From: Alphaproteobacteria bacterium
GTDB taxonomy: Bacteria > Pseudomonadota > Alphaproteobacteria > SP197
DNA length: 64,000 nt
Reading direction: 5' to 3'
Assembly: GCA_964291265.2 (NCBI GenBank)
Contig: OZ219747.1
Coordinates: 2,560,001 to 2,624,000, forward strand
Part shown: positions 1-9,525 of the stretch, piece after piece
Position numbering within the stretch: the stretch's first letter is position 1
How the letters are laid out: every line of letters begins with the position of its first letter
The notes under the pieces: model-generated
Told to the model about the DNA's origin: nothing
What the model saw: only the letters and a program-made list of their open reading frames with translations
Databases searched by the model: none
Translations under genes and position numbers: made by a program

Positions 1-79
1 GCTTATGTAAGCATGAGAGAGCGGCGCGGGTGTCGTCGCCGGGGCGCGGTCGCACGCGCAAGCGCGCACGTCGACCCTT

Positions 80-1268
80 TCAATGGCGCACTGACGACTC
101 GATGTTGGCGTAGTCACGCATGACCCGGTAGTTTACGGTGAAGAGTGACAGGATCAGGTATCCTTCCCAGAGCTTGTGAGTGCCCGGCATGGGCTGGCGC
201 TTCGACGGGATGAATCCGGCGAGGCGAACGGTGTTGACGGCGAACTCCGCGATCGCCTGATCCGGGTCGGGTGGGCCGCGTTGCTTGCGGTGGTTCGGCT
301 TCGACATGTGGACGGCGAGGACATGGATCTCGTCCTCGTGGACGACCGTGCGCGCCGGCGTCGCCGGTACGCTCCACGCGAGGCGCTCAGGCGGACATGA
401 CGGTGCATGCGGTGATGGCGTCGAAGGCGAGGCACTTCTTCAGGTCGTCGGCGGCGTTGAGCCTGCGGTCCTTGATCCGCGTCCCGGTCTTGACGGTGAG
501 CGAACCACTCCTCGATCAGCCAGCGTTTCTCGTACCAAGTGACGATGCGGAGCGCGTTCTCCTGCGTGGGCTCGCCTTCGGTGGTCAGGAGCAGCCAGTC
601 GAGCCGGTCCCTGCCCGTCGGCGGCGTCTTCTCCAGGACGCGCACTGCGAGCATGGCGAGTGGGGCCGTGCCCTTTGGCAGGTCAGCCGGCGGGACGAGG
701 TCGACGAGACCGGCCCGCAGCTCCAGCTTGACGTCCTTGCGCCCCTTGCGCGTCCGGGGGCCGCCACAGGCCGCGATGTCGATCGTCTTCTCCGCGACGA
801 CATCCAGTTCGGCCGCGTGCGCGAACAGGTCCTTGACCCTGCCGTCCGCCGTGATGGCCCGTCGCCGGCTCGAACGGCTGGCGCGGACCAGGAGGCCTGC
901 GCCGCCGGGCGCGGCAGCGCAGGCCTCCGACAAGAGAGACCACATGTCGCCTTCACGGTCGCACACGGTCACCACGCGGGTTCGCGGGCAGGCCGCCGCC
1001 AGCTCGGCGGACTTGGCGAAGGCCTCCGTCCAGCGTCCGCTTTCCTCGCCCTCCACCGCCGTCGCCTTGTCCTCCGCGCGAAAGCCGGCATCAAGGCTGA
1101 ATACCCCCAGTGCGCAACCGCCCTCGCTGAACGCAACGCCGGCATGAGCCGCGATCCCCTTGCTTCCAGAGCCGCCGCCGCCGATGTCGACAAGGCCCTG
1201 CGTCGCCTTCAGGCCGCTGTAGTTCAGCATCGTCGTGTCCTGAACCGCAAGCACGACAGACTGCCCGG
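80..1268 (-). pseudogene. IS4-family (IS50/Tn5-like) transposase, C-terminal part, interrupted and frameshifted
   Basis: Motifs VLAVQDTT, VCDREGD, WLLLTT, WYEKRWLIEEW; the C-terminus (LAGFIPSKRQPMPG..LWEGY) lies in another frame (80..307). The N-terminal part is at 8888-9260. Confidence 0.85.
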
Positions 1269-1385
1269 CAAGGCCTTCCCACGCTGGAATTCGCTTGATT
1301 TCACTTGACGTCAGGCGTTCGTATGTTGCACGCGCGCGGACATTTTCCGCTGGCCATCCCGCTTGGGATGTGCGACGGTCCGGTC

Positions 1386-3333
1386 ATGTCGATTCGCAAG
1401 CTCATGGAAGCTGTCCCGATCCATCAGGAAGCACCTGAGGGTTTTTCCCTGTCTGAGGTCGATGTTCGCCTGGCGAGGCCGGAGGAGCGTCCGCTGTGGG
1501 ACGCGCTGATGAACAAGCACCACTATCTCGGCTTCCGTCGCCTGGCGGGTCGCGGTCTGCGCTACCTTGCGACCTTCAGGGGCCATTGGCTGGGGCTGGC
1601 GGCGTGGCAGAACGGCGCCTTCAAGTGCGCTCCCCGCGACCAGTGGACCGGCTGGAAGCCGGAGCAGCAGTTCCAGCGGCTCTCGATGGTAGCCAACAAC
1701 ACGCGGTTCTTGATCCTCTCCAAGCCCGGGGTGTTTGCGAACCTTGCTTCTGAGTTTCCTTGCGTGCATGACGCGCCGGCTCTGTGACGATTGGCTGCAG
1801 GTGCACGGCCACGGGGTGCTGCTGGCGGAGACGTTCTGCGATCCGGAGATCTTTGCCGGCACGATGTTGAAGGCTGCGGGCTGGACGTGTCTGGGTGAGA
1901 CCAAGGGGTTTGCCCGCTCCAACGGGCGTTACACCGATCCTCACGGCAAGCCCAAGGATATCTACGTTACGGCACTGAGGCGCGATGCCCGGGCGCTGCT
2001 GTCGAGCCCGCTGCCGCTTCCCCCCGACGTGGCGCCGCCCTCATGCCCCGAACTGGCGCCCCGGGACCCCAAGGTGCTGCGCTCGCTCTACGCCGAGCTC
2101 GCGGCCATTCCCGACTTCCGCCGGGCGCAGGGAAGGAAGCATACCGCGGCATCGGTGCTCACCGTGCACGTGCTCGCCGAGTTCGCCAACATGAAGGGCT
2201 GTGTCGCCGCCGCGCAGTTCGCGCGGTCCCTGTCCCAGGAGGAGTTGGAGGCCATCGGCGCGTGGCTTAACCCGAAGACGGGGCTTCGCGAGCCCGTCTC
2301 CAAGTCCACCATCCACCGGGTTATCCAGTCGATCGACCCCGAGGCTCTGGAGGATGTGCTCACCCGCTGGTCCCGGCCTCGGCTTCACCTCGCCCGTGCA
2401 CTCGCCGCCGACGGCAAGCGCATCCGCGGCGCCAACCGCAACGGCGATGGCCGTCACGAGACCGTGGCCCTTGTCGACCATGAGACCGGCGCGCCCTTTT
2501 CCCTCCTGAACTTCAACGACGAAGGCGGCGAACTGGCGGCCATGCACGATCTCCTGGAGCGCAGCGACATCGGCGGCAAGGTGATCACCCTCGACGCGCT
2601 GCATACGACACGCCATACCGCGAAGCTGATCACACAACGCGCGGATTACGTCTTCGTCGTCAAGGGCAACGCTCCGGAGACCTTCGCCATCCTCGACAGC
2701 ATCAATTGGCAAAAAGACGCTACCGGCCACTTCACGGAGCCGTTCGACAAGGCGCACGGTCGACTGGAACAGCGTTCGATCAGCGTCCTCGTCCCGTTGG
2801 ACGGTCTGATCAACTATCCGGGCGTCCGTCAGGTCGCCCGCATCACCCGCTATCGGGAGCCGTGGAAGAAAGGCTCCGGCGATGCCGGGAAGGAAGGCTC
2901 CGGCGATGCCGGGAAGGAAGGCCCCGGCGATGCCGGGAAGGAAGGCTCCGGCGATGCCGGGAAGAAAGGCCCCGGCGATGCCGGGAAGAAAGGCTCCGGC
3001 GATGCCGGGAAGCAAGAAGAGAAGGATTACACGGAAACCGATTACATCATCACCTCTCTCGATACGGGGGCCACGTCGCCGGAAGAGTTGCTGCGACTGA
3101 ACCGCCGCCACTGGGCCGTGGAAAATCTGAACCATCGACAAAGGGATTGCGTCTTCGGCGAAGACGCCTGCCTGACCCGCACCGACAACGGCCCGGCGAA
3201 CCGGGCCAGCCTCAACAACATCGCGCTCGCGGTGATCTTCGCCAACCGCCGCGAGGCCGAAAGCCTCGCCGAAACCCGGCGCCGCCTACAACTGGACCGT
3301 CGCGAGGCCATCAACGCCCTGACCCGGCCCTGA
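1386..3333 (+). pseudogene. ISAs1-family transposase with N-terminal DUF4338/DruA-like domain; single frameshift near 1750
   Basis: HHYLGF..GRGLRY..RDQWTGW..NNTRFLIL..NLAS in one frame, then LAETFCDP, ADGKRIRG, TLDALHT, VKGN, HGRLEQR, HWAVEN in the next frame. Confidence 0.85.
2872..3012 (+). repeat. In-frame 24-bp VNTR (about 6 units, G[S/P]GDAGK[E/K]) inside the ISAs1 transposase
   Basis: Tandem ggc(t/c)ccggcgatgccgggaag(g/a)aa units. Confidence 0.95.
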
Positions 3334-3479
3334 GACGCCTTGAGCGTCCGGGGACCCCGGAACGCTGCTAGAACTGTCGGCGGCGATTTAGAACGGCGGG
3401 ATATTGGCGGAGAACCGCTCTTTTGGGCGCTGATCGTGTGAGTGGGTGACCACGACAGGAGAACGTGCGGCATTGGACG

Positions 3480-4330
3480 AAGGTCCGCCCGGTCTTTGTT
3501 TTCTGCCTATTGTTGGATCCCATTGGTCTTGCATTGACGTTGACGATGTCGTTCCGGTCGGCGTTTTCTGGCGTTCGGCGTTTGTGGAACGTGATGTGGG
3601 AGGGGAGCTTCAGGCTTTTGCGCGTGGTTTCGTTCTGGCGTTCTCCGGCCTCGTCGTGGTTCGTCGGGCGGGACGATCTCGAGGCTGGAGAGCTGACGGT
3701 TTCTGTTGCGCTGGGCGAAGAGGCTGCGTGCGTTGCGGTTGCGGCGGCGCAGGGTGCGGCAGGCGTCGAGTGTTTTCGGGCGGATGCTGCGACCTGTGAG
3801 CCAGTCCGGCGGCGGATCGGGCGTTGCTGCGGCTCAGCGGCTGCGGCAGTCTCGTGATGTGGTGTCGTTTGGACGGCCCGGGGGTTTCCCGGGGAGGCTG
3901 AGAGGCGCGTCGGGGTGAGACGTTCTCATTCCTGGATGGTAACGCGTGACCGCGTTCAAGGGTCTTGCGAGATTACGTGTCCCTTCCGTAGCCGCGTGGC
4001 GGTTCGATGTCCTCGAGAGCCTCGATGTCGGCATCGGCGACGCTCTGCAGGCGTTCTCCGTAAGGCGTGTCACGGAGGGTTTCGGGGATGCTGTCGAGGC
4101 GGTCACGCCATTCGTCCTGCAGGGTGCGGCAGGCGTCGAGTGTTTTCGGGCGGATGCTGCGACCTGTAAGCCAGTCCGGCCAGCGGCTGCGGCAGTCTCG
4201 TGATGCGGTGTCGTTTGGACGGCCCGGGAGTTTCCCGGGGAGGCTGAGCGGCGCGTCGGGGTGAGACGTTCTCATTCCTGGATGGTAACGCGTGACCGCG
4301 TTCAAGGGTCTTGCGGGATCACGTATCCCT
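3480..4330. repeat. Degenerate tandem duplications (about 350-370 bp) of toprim-gene and small-ORF fragments
   Basis: agggtgcggcaggcgtcgagtgttttcgggcggatg at 3751 and 4121; small-ORF 3' end (..DIEPPRGYGRDT) at 3973 and 4319; 3520-3850 resembles an internally deleted copy of 4670-5230. Confidence 0.85.
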
Positions 4331-4609
4331 TCCGTAGCCGCGTGGCGGTTCGATGTCCTCGAGGGCCTCGATGTCGGCATCGGCGACGCTCTGCAGGCGT
4401 TCTCCGTAAGGCGTGTCACGGAGGCTTTCGGGGATGCTGTCGAGGTGGTCACGCCATTCGTCCTGCAGGGCGCGCAGTTCGGCCACGGCGTCGTTCCAGC
4501 GTTGCGGTCGCGAGCGCCGGTCACGGTGCTTTGGGGTGTGGACGGGAGGGATGCCGGCCTTGCGCCGTTCCCGGTATCGCCGCTGCTTTTCGGCGGGCGT
4601 GAGGGGCAT
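4319..4609 (-). CDS. Small basic hypothetical protein (MPLTPAEKQRRYRERRK..), homolog of the IS110 accessory ORF
   Basis: RBS AAGGAG; 96 aa; clearly similar to 32786..33076. Confidence 0.8.
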   Translation of the reverse strand: MPLTPAEKQRRYRERRKAGIPPVHTPKHRDRRSRPQRWNDAVAELRALQDEWRDHLDSIPESLRDTPYGERLQSVADADIEALEDIEPPRGYGRDT

Positions 4610-4635
4610 GAGTGGTCTCCTTGTGACGGACGTGG

Positions 4636-5529
4636 TCATGATCTCGCTTGTGGTTCTTTGGTCCTGGCGTTGACGACGTCGTTCCAGTCGGCGTTTTCCG
4701 GCGGTCTGCGTCTGTGGAACGAGACGTGGGAGGGGAGCTTCATCTTTTTGCGCAGGGTTTCGGCCTGTCGCTCTCCGGCCTCGTCGTGGTCCTGGGCGAG
4801 GACGATGGTCCTGACGTTGGGCAGGCTGCTTGCGGCGAGGCTGATCTGTTCGTGCTGTCTTCGCGAGGGTGCCCCGGCGGTGGAGAGGAAGGCGTGGCTG
4901 GGGGGACATTGGTCGATCTGGGCCAGGCTGAGGGCGTCGACGGCGCTTTCGGTGATGACGAGGGCCTCGAGGTCCGCGGCGGTTCCGGCGCGGACGGCGA
5001 ACAGGCTTCGGGTTCCACCGGTGGCGAAGCGTTTCGGTCCGTCGGGGGGACCGATCTCGAAGCCGGTGAGCTTTCGCTTCCTGTTGCGATGGGCGAAGAG
5101 GACGCGTCCGTTGTGGTCGCGGCGGACCAGGGGGCGGCAGGTGTCGAGGGTCTCCGGGAGGATGCCGCGCCCGGTGAGCCAGTCCGGGGCCGCATCGGGC
5201 GTTGCCGCGGCCCAGAGGCTGCGGAAGTCGCGTGGCGCGGTGTCGGGTGCTGTGAAGCGGGTGCAGATGTCGGCGAAGGCCAGTCCGCGGTTGAGCATGA
5301 AGTCGATGACGGTTCCGTTGTCTTCATCGTTCTGGGTGTTGAAGTAGACCCAGTGTCCGTTGTTGAGGCACTTCGTGACGAGCTTCGGCAGGCCGGGTGC
5401 GCACAGGACGGGGTTGGCGCGTGTCGAGGCCTGTTCGTCGCGGACGTATCCCCAGTCGGCGGCGATGCGTTCGAACGGCATGCGCTTGACGGCGTCGAAG
5501 TCGACGCGGCGGGGTTTATCGGGTTTCAC
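4636..5529 (-). CDS. DUF3991/Toprim primase-like protein
   Basis: DNGTVIDF, WLTGRGI, VITESAVDALS, STAG, LAQDHDEAG, DWNDV; GTG start overlaps the istB stop. Confidence 0.8.
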   Translation of the reverse strand: MKPDKPRRVDFDAVKRMPFERIAADWGYVRDEQASTRANPVLCAPGLPKLVTKCLNNGHWVYFNTQNDEDNGTVIDFMLNRGLAFADICTRFTAPDTAPRDFRSLWAAATPDAAPDWLTGRGILPETLDTCRPLVRRDHNGRVLFAHRNRKRKLTGFEIGPPDGPKRFATGGTRSLFAVRAGTAADLEALVITESAVDALSLAQIDQCPPSHAFLSTAGAPSRRQHEQISLAASSLPNVRTIVLAQDHDEAGERQAETLRKKMKLPSHVSFHRRRPPENADWNDVVNARTKEPQARS

Positions 5530-6217
5530 GCCTGAGCCGCCAGGAGTCGCTGTCGATGGAGATGAGGGTTGCGTCGTGCATGAGCCGGTCGACGGTGCCG
5601 GCGATGCCGGAGGCGCTGGGGAAGACGCGGTCCCACTGGGCGAAGGCGAGGCTTGTCGTGACCATGGTCGAGCGGCGCTGATAGCGCCGCGAGACGATGG
5701 CGTAGAGGATGTCGGCATGGTGGCTTTCGAGGGTCACGTAGCCGATTTCGTCGAGGATGAGCAGGCGGGGCCTGGCGAGGATCGCGAGGCGGCGGCGCAG
5801 CTCGCTGCGCGAGACGGTCTCGGCGAGTGCCTCGAGCAGTTCCGGCGCCTTCTCGAAGCGGACGGTGTGGCCGTGCAGCAGGGCCTGGTGCGCCACGTTG
5901 GCGGCGATCATGGTCTTTCCGGTGCCCTGCCCGCCGACGAGCACGGCGTTGTCCGCACGGTCGACGAAGCCGAGGCCGAGGAGCGCTTCGACATGAGCCC
6001 GGCTGATGTCGCGCGGCCATGTCCAGTCGAAGTCCGCCAGGGGCTTGAAGGCGGGCAGCCGCGCCGCGGCGCGGCGGCGCTCGTGGCTGCGGGCCCTGCG
6101 GGCCTGTTCCTCGCCGCTGACCACCTCCTCGATCCATGCGGTCCCGGCGACCTCGTCCCAGCGTTCGACGAGCCCGTGGAGGCCGAGCGCCCGGGCACGC
6201 TCCCTGAGCTCGCTCAT
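5516..6217 (-). CDS. istB: IS21 helper AAA+ ATPase IstB
   Basis: Walker A GGQGTGKT, Walker B LLILDEIGY, FDWTWP, DRLMH. Confidence 0.92.
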   Translation of the reverse strand: MSELRERARALGLHGLVERWDEVAGTAWIEEVVSGEEQARRARSHERRRAAARLPAFKPLADFDWTWPRDISRAHVEALLGLGFVDRADNAVLVGGQGTGKTMIAANVAHQALLHGHTVRFEKAPELLEALAETVSRSELRRRLAILARPRLLILDEIGYVTLESHHADILYAIVSRRYQRRSTMVTTSLAFAQWDRVFPSASGIAGTVDRLMHDATLISIDSDSWRLRRETR

Positions 6218-7707
6218 GTCTTGTTCCTGGCGCTGGCTTCGGGCCTGTCGTAGGCGTCGAGAGCGGTCCCCCGCGGCGTCGTGCCACGGCCGCCGCGGCC
6301 GTCGTCGGCGATGCTGAGGGGCGGCAGGCCCTGCTCCCGGCGGCGCTCCTCGATGATGACGCGCACGGTTTCGGGGTGGCACGAGCCGCGCTCCAGCGCC
6401 GTGGCGACAGCCCGGTCGAGAGCGTCGGCGCCGTGCGCGTTGAGAAGCGTCTCCAGCATCCGGGCGCAGGAGGCCACGTTGCGCCCGTTGGTCCCGGCGC
6501 GCGCCAGCATCTCCTCGGCCCGCGGCACGGTGCGCAGGACCCGGTCGCGGACGCTCATGGAGCGGGCCCGCCGCTTGCCCGCGGCGATCGCCCTGGCATG
6601 CTCCGGATCGGTGACGGCCTGCTTCCTGTCGTAGGAGCGTCGGTGGCGCGCGACCTCGTCGGCGCCGTCGAGGATGCGGACCTCGTCGCGGTCGGCGACC
6701 AGCGTCAGCAGGGCCTTGGAGAAGCTACCCGGAACGCTGTAGTCGTTGGTGTCGAAGCGGGCGTGGCAGGTCTTGTCGATGCGCACCGGGCGGACCTCGT
6801 GATGCGGGAAGGGGTCGACGGGAAGGACGATCAGGTGCTCCCTCTCCCGGGCGAAGGCGTCCCGCACCAGGAGACTGTCGTCGTCCGGCCAGGGCCGCTC
6901 CGCGGCGGCGCCGAAGCACCACTCCCGAACTGCGGCGTTGAGCTCGCCGAGCGGGACCGTGATGTCGCGCCCGGCGAAGAACCCGGTGCGCGCGAAGCGC
7001 ACACGGCGTTCCACGCGGCCCTTCTCCTGCGGGCTCCTGGGCCAGGCGGCGCTCGGTTCGAAGGCATAGTGGGCCGCGAGGCCGAGCAGCATCGGATGAT
7101 AGGTGACCGCCTTGCCGCGGCGCGTCACCACGGCACTCTTCAGGTTGTCGTACAGAAGCCTCCGCGGCACACCCCCGAATGCCGCGAAAGCCTCGACATG
7201 GCCTTGCAGGAAGCTGGCCATCCGCGCGTCGTGGAACAGGCTCAGGACAGTCTGGCGCGAGTAGCTGAGGGTGACGAGAAGCCCCATGAGCCTGCGCTCC
7301 GCCCGGCCGATGCGGACCTTCCCGAACTCGGCCCAGTCAACCTGCGCCTGCTCGCCCGGAAGGAAGCTCAGCCGCAGCGACGGCTCGGGCCTCTTCACCG
7401 GCCTCAGCCCAAGGCGGCGCAGGTCGTGACGGAAGTGATCCTCGCCGCCGCGGTAGCCCAGAGCCACGACCTGTCGCCAGAGCGTGCTGGCCGGAAGGTC
7501 CGGCGACGCCTCAAGACGCTCCCCGAGGAAGGCAACGAAGGGGTCGATGAGCTTGGCCCGCGGCCGCCGCTCCTGCCCCGACGCCTTGAGCGCCCGCGTC
7601 ACCGTGCCGTGGTGCACGCCGAGATGCCGGGCAATCGTCCCCACAGCCCAGCCCTCGGCCCGCGACAGCCGCACGATCGTCGCCCGCGTGTCCTCGTCGA
7701 TCGCCAT
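6214..7707 (-). CDS. istA: IS21-family transposase IstA
   Basis: N-terminal HTH, PGEQAQVDW, LLYDNLKSAV, KGRVER, FDTNDYSVP. Confidence 0.93.
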   Translation of the reverse strand: MAIDEDTRATIVRLSRAEGWAVGTIARHLGVHHGTVTRALKASGQERRPRAKLIDPFVAFLGERLEASPDLPASTLWRQVVALGYRGGEDHFRHDLRRLGLRPVKRPEPSLRLSFLPGEQAQVDWAEFGKVRIGRAERRLMGLLVTLSYSRQTVLSLFHDARMASFLQGHVEAFAAFGGVPRRLLYDNLKSAVVTRRGKAVTYHPMLLGLAAHYAFEPSAAWPRSPQEKGRVERRVRFARTGFFAGRDITVPLGELNAAVREWCFGAAAERPWPDDDSLLVRDAFAREREHLIVLPVDPFPHHEVRPVRIDKTCHARFDTNDYSVPGSFSKALLTLVADRDEVRILDGADEVARHRRSYDRKQAVTDPEHARAIAAGKRRARSMSVRDRVLRTVPRAEEMLARAGTNGRNVASCARMLETLLNAHGADALDRAVATALERGSCHPETVRVIIEERRREQGLPPLSIADDGRGGRGTTPRGTALDAYDRPEASARNKT

Positions 7708-7739
7708 GAACTCCCTCCCTTTGGTTCCTCAACGCCGCA

Positions 7740-8216
7740 TCACGGGTCCCTCAGCACCACATGCGTCACGACCCGTCCGCATCTGGCGCACCGAAGCGGC
7801 GATTCGCGCCGCTCTTGCGCCTTCACAACCGCAGGTAGGGAGGTCGGCAGCAGTCGGGAAGGGTGGTCCGTAACGATTTCTTCAGAACCGGCGTCTCCAG
7901 ACACCGCCGGAACGTCGCCAAGCAGCACCACAGCAGACGTCTGCGTGCCCATGATCTCGGCAACCATCGCCGCCCTGGCCTTCAACGCACGCGCCTCCTC
8001 CGCCTTGCGGAGCCGGTAACGCCGCTGGCGGTGACGGCCCGTCTCACGGCCCTTCAGCGTGCTCTGGTAGCGACGACGCGACGCGCGGCGCCGCTCGATC
8101 CGGGACCGCTCCCTGCACTCCTTGGAGCAATACACATGTCCCCGGTCACACGACCGGCAGAGAACAACCTGCCGCTGACACCGCCTGCAGTTGAACAGTC
8201 GTCCTGTCGTGCACAC
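7740..8216 (-). CDS. Cys-rich (Zn-finger-like) basic protein upstream of istA
   Basis: CRRC..CRSCDRGHVYCSKEC, Arg-rich helix and a C-terminal CARC; start codon uncertain. Confidence 0.65.
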   Translation of the reverse strand: MCTTGRLFNCRRCQRQVVLCRSCDRGHVYCSKECRERSRIERRRASRRRYQSTLKGRETGRHRQRRYRLRKAEEARALKARAAMVAEIMGTQTSAVVLLGDVPAVSGDAGSEEIVTDHPSRLLPTSLPAVVKAQERRESPLRCARCGRVVTHVVLRDP

Positions 8217-8591
8217 CGTCCGTCTCGAGAGCGGGGGTGGACCCGGACGCAAAATGGCTCGACAATACACGGGAGTTCGGTCCCCCGTGACCGGCTCGTC
8301 CGGGTGCTGCGCCGGGGGGCGTCACAACTCCGCCCGGCATCGCATCGCTCTTTCTCTTGATGCCGATCTAGCATCCACCCGGGGCGGCGGCAAAGACGCC
8401 GCCCCGGGACCGGACAACGCGACCCGCCCACAGGGAAGACAAACAATCCCGCGAGTGCCTCGGAACCGGAACCCTCCCGGCAACCGTCACCAAGACCGAA
8501 GCAGAGGTCGACGGAACCCGAACCGGACCAAAACGACAATAGGAAAAGACGGCGGCGCTCGGGGAGACAACCAGCCGAACACTCAAACCAC

Positions 8592-8626
8592 GACAACAGG
8601 ACGTGACAATAGGACCTGACAACAGG
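8592..8626. repeat. Three direct repeats GACAA(C/T)AGG with 13-bp period near the IS21 end
   Basis: Copies at 8592, 8605 and 8618; a further copy at 8535. Confidence 0.7.
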
Positions 8627-8887
8627 GAAGAAACACGACCCTGACAAAGCGCGGCAAATCGCCGAAATCCCGCCGTTCTATGCAGCCATCAACAAGAACA
8701 TCAAGAACCAAGCATCCGGGCCGAAAACGCTGCCGGTGTCGCCATGCGGACGGCACTGAAGCCACGGAATCCGTCCAGGACATCCCGATTCGGCCTCGAT
8801 TCGTCGGCCTCGCGAAAGATCAGATGGCCGATTCGGGCGCGATTCATCGGCTTCCCGAAAAATCAGCCGTAGCGTAGGAAAGTCCTG

Positions 8888-9260
8888 ACTGGCTGCGGCA
8901 ACGCTCAACCATCGCCTCCTGATGCGGTTCAAGGATGTCTTGCATGCCGATCCTCGGGTTCGACAGGAACCTGTAAGCCGCCTGCTGCTCCGCCTCGCCG
9001 GGAAAGATCACCGGCAGCGGCGCACCCGGACGACCGCACCAGGCATCGCCCATCGTGACAAGGCGCTTGCGCACGCGCGCGTCGCTGTGCGCGCTCCGTC
9101 CGTACTCCGCCTCGGCCCATGTTGCATCCTCCCCCAAGGCGAGATGCGGGCCTGAACCGATCACCCGGTCCGGCGCCCGCCCGAGAGACTCCCGCCAGTC
9201 CGCCGACAGCGGCTTCACGTACACCCGCAACCGAGGCCCAGCTCCCGACAGCACGTCCAG
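8888..9260 (-). pseudogene. IS4-family transposase N-terminal fragment (end of a DUF4338-like region plus Tn5-type DNA-binding domain), 5'-truncated
   Basis: VYVKPL..W, WAEAEYG..DARVRKRL, AAYRFLSNP..ILEPH. Confidence 0.8.
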
Positions 9261-9284
9261 TCAGTCAGATCAACGGTCTCCGGT

Positions 9285-9514
9285 GTGACCTTGTGGGCCA
9301 CACCCCGGGGCAGATCCTTCTCGAGAGCGTCTACCGCTTCAAGGGGCAGCAGGCGCCGGCGATCATCGCGATCGACATCGAGAGCGGTGGTGATGACGAG
9401 GAGCACCTTCAATGCCTCCTCTACACGATGTTCATCCGCGCCACCGTGCGTCTCGACGTCCTGGTGAAGTCCGGCGATCCGCTCGAGACGCGTCTGGTCG
9501 AGGCAGCCGGGTGA
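9285..9514 (+). pseudogene. C-terminal remnant of a UvrD-like/SF1 helicase domain protein
   Basis: SVYRFKGQQAPAII and LLYTMFIRAT resemble helicase motifs V and VI; no start visible. Confidence 0.6.
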
Positions 9515-9525
9515 ACGCCGGGACC

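Larger units (their letters stand above)
3375..8694 (-). mobile_element. IS21-family element with passenger genes (5.3 kb)
   Basis: TG...CA ends with shared IR core TAGAACGGCGGGAT.T.GGCG; 5-bp TSD AGAAC (3370-3374, 8695-8699); encodes IstA and IstB. Confidence 0.9.
1269..8887 (+). mobile_element. ISAs1-family IS inserted in the IS4 transposase; contains an IS21-family element
   Basis: Imperfect 17-bp IRs caaggccttcccacgct (1269) and caggactttcctacgct (rc, ending 8887). The IS4 reading frame breaks at both ends (..CRSQ | SVVLAVQD..). Flanks are only an imperfect duplication (actgcccgg vs actggctgc). Confidence 0.75.

Noticed and set aside
2872-3012. CRISPR array
   Set aside because: Tandem coding repeat with no spacers.
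5516-7707. CAST/Tn7-like system
   Set aside because: Plain IstA/IstB with IS21 ends; no TniQ or Cas genes.
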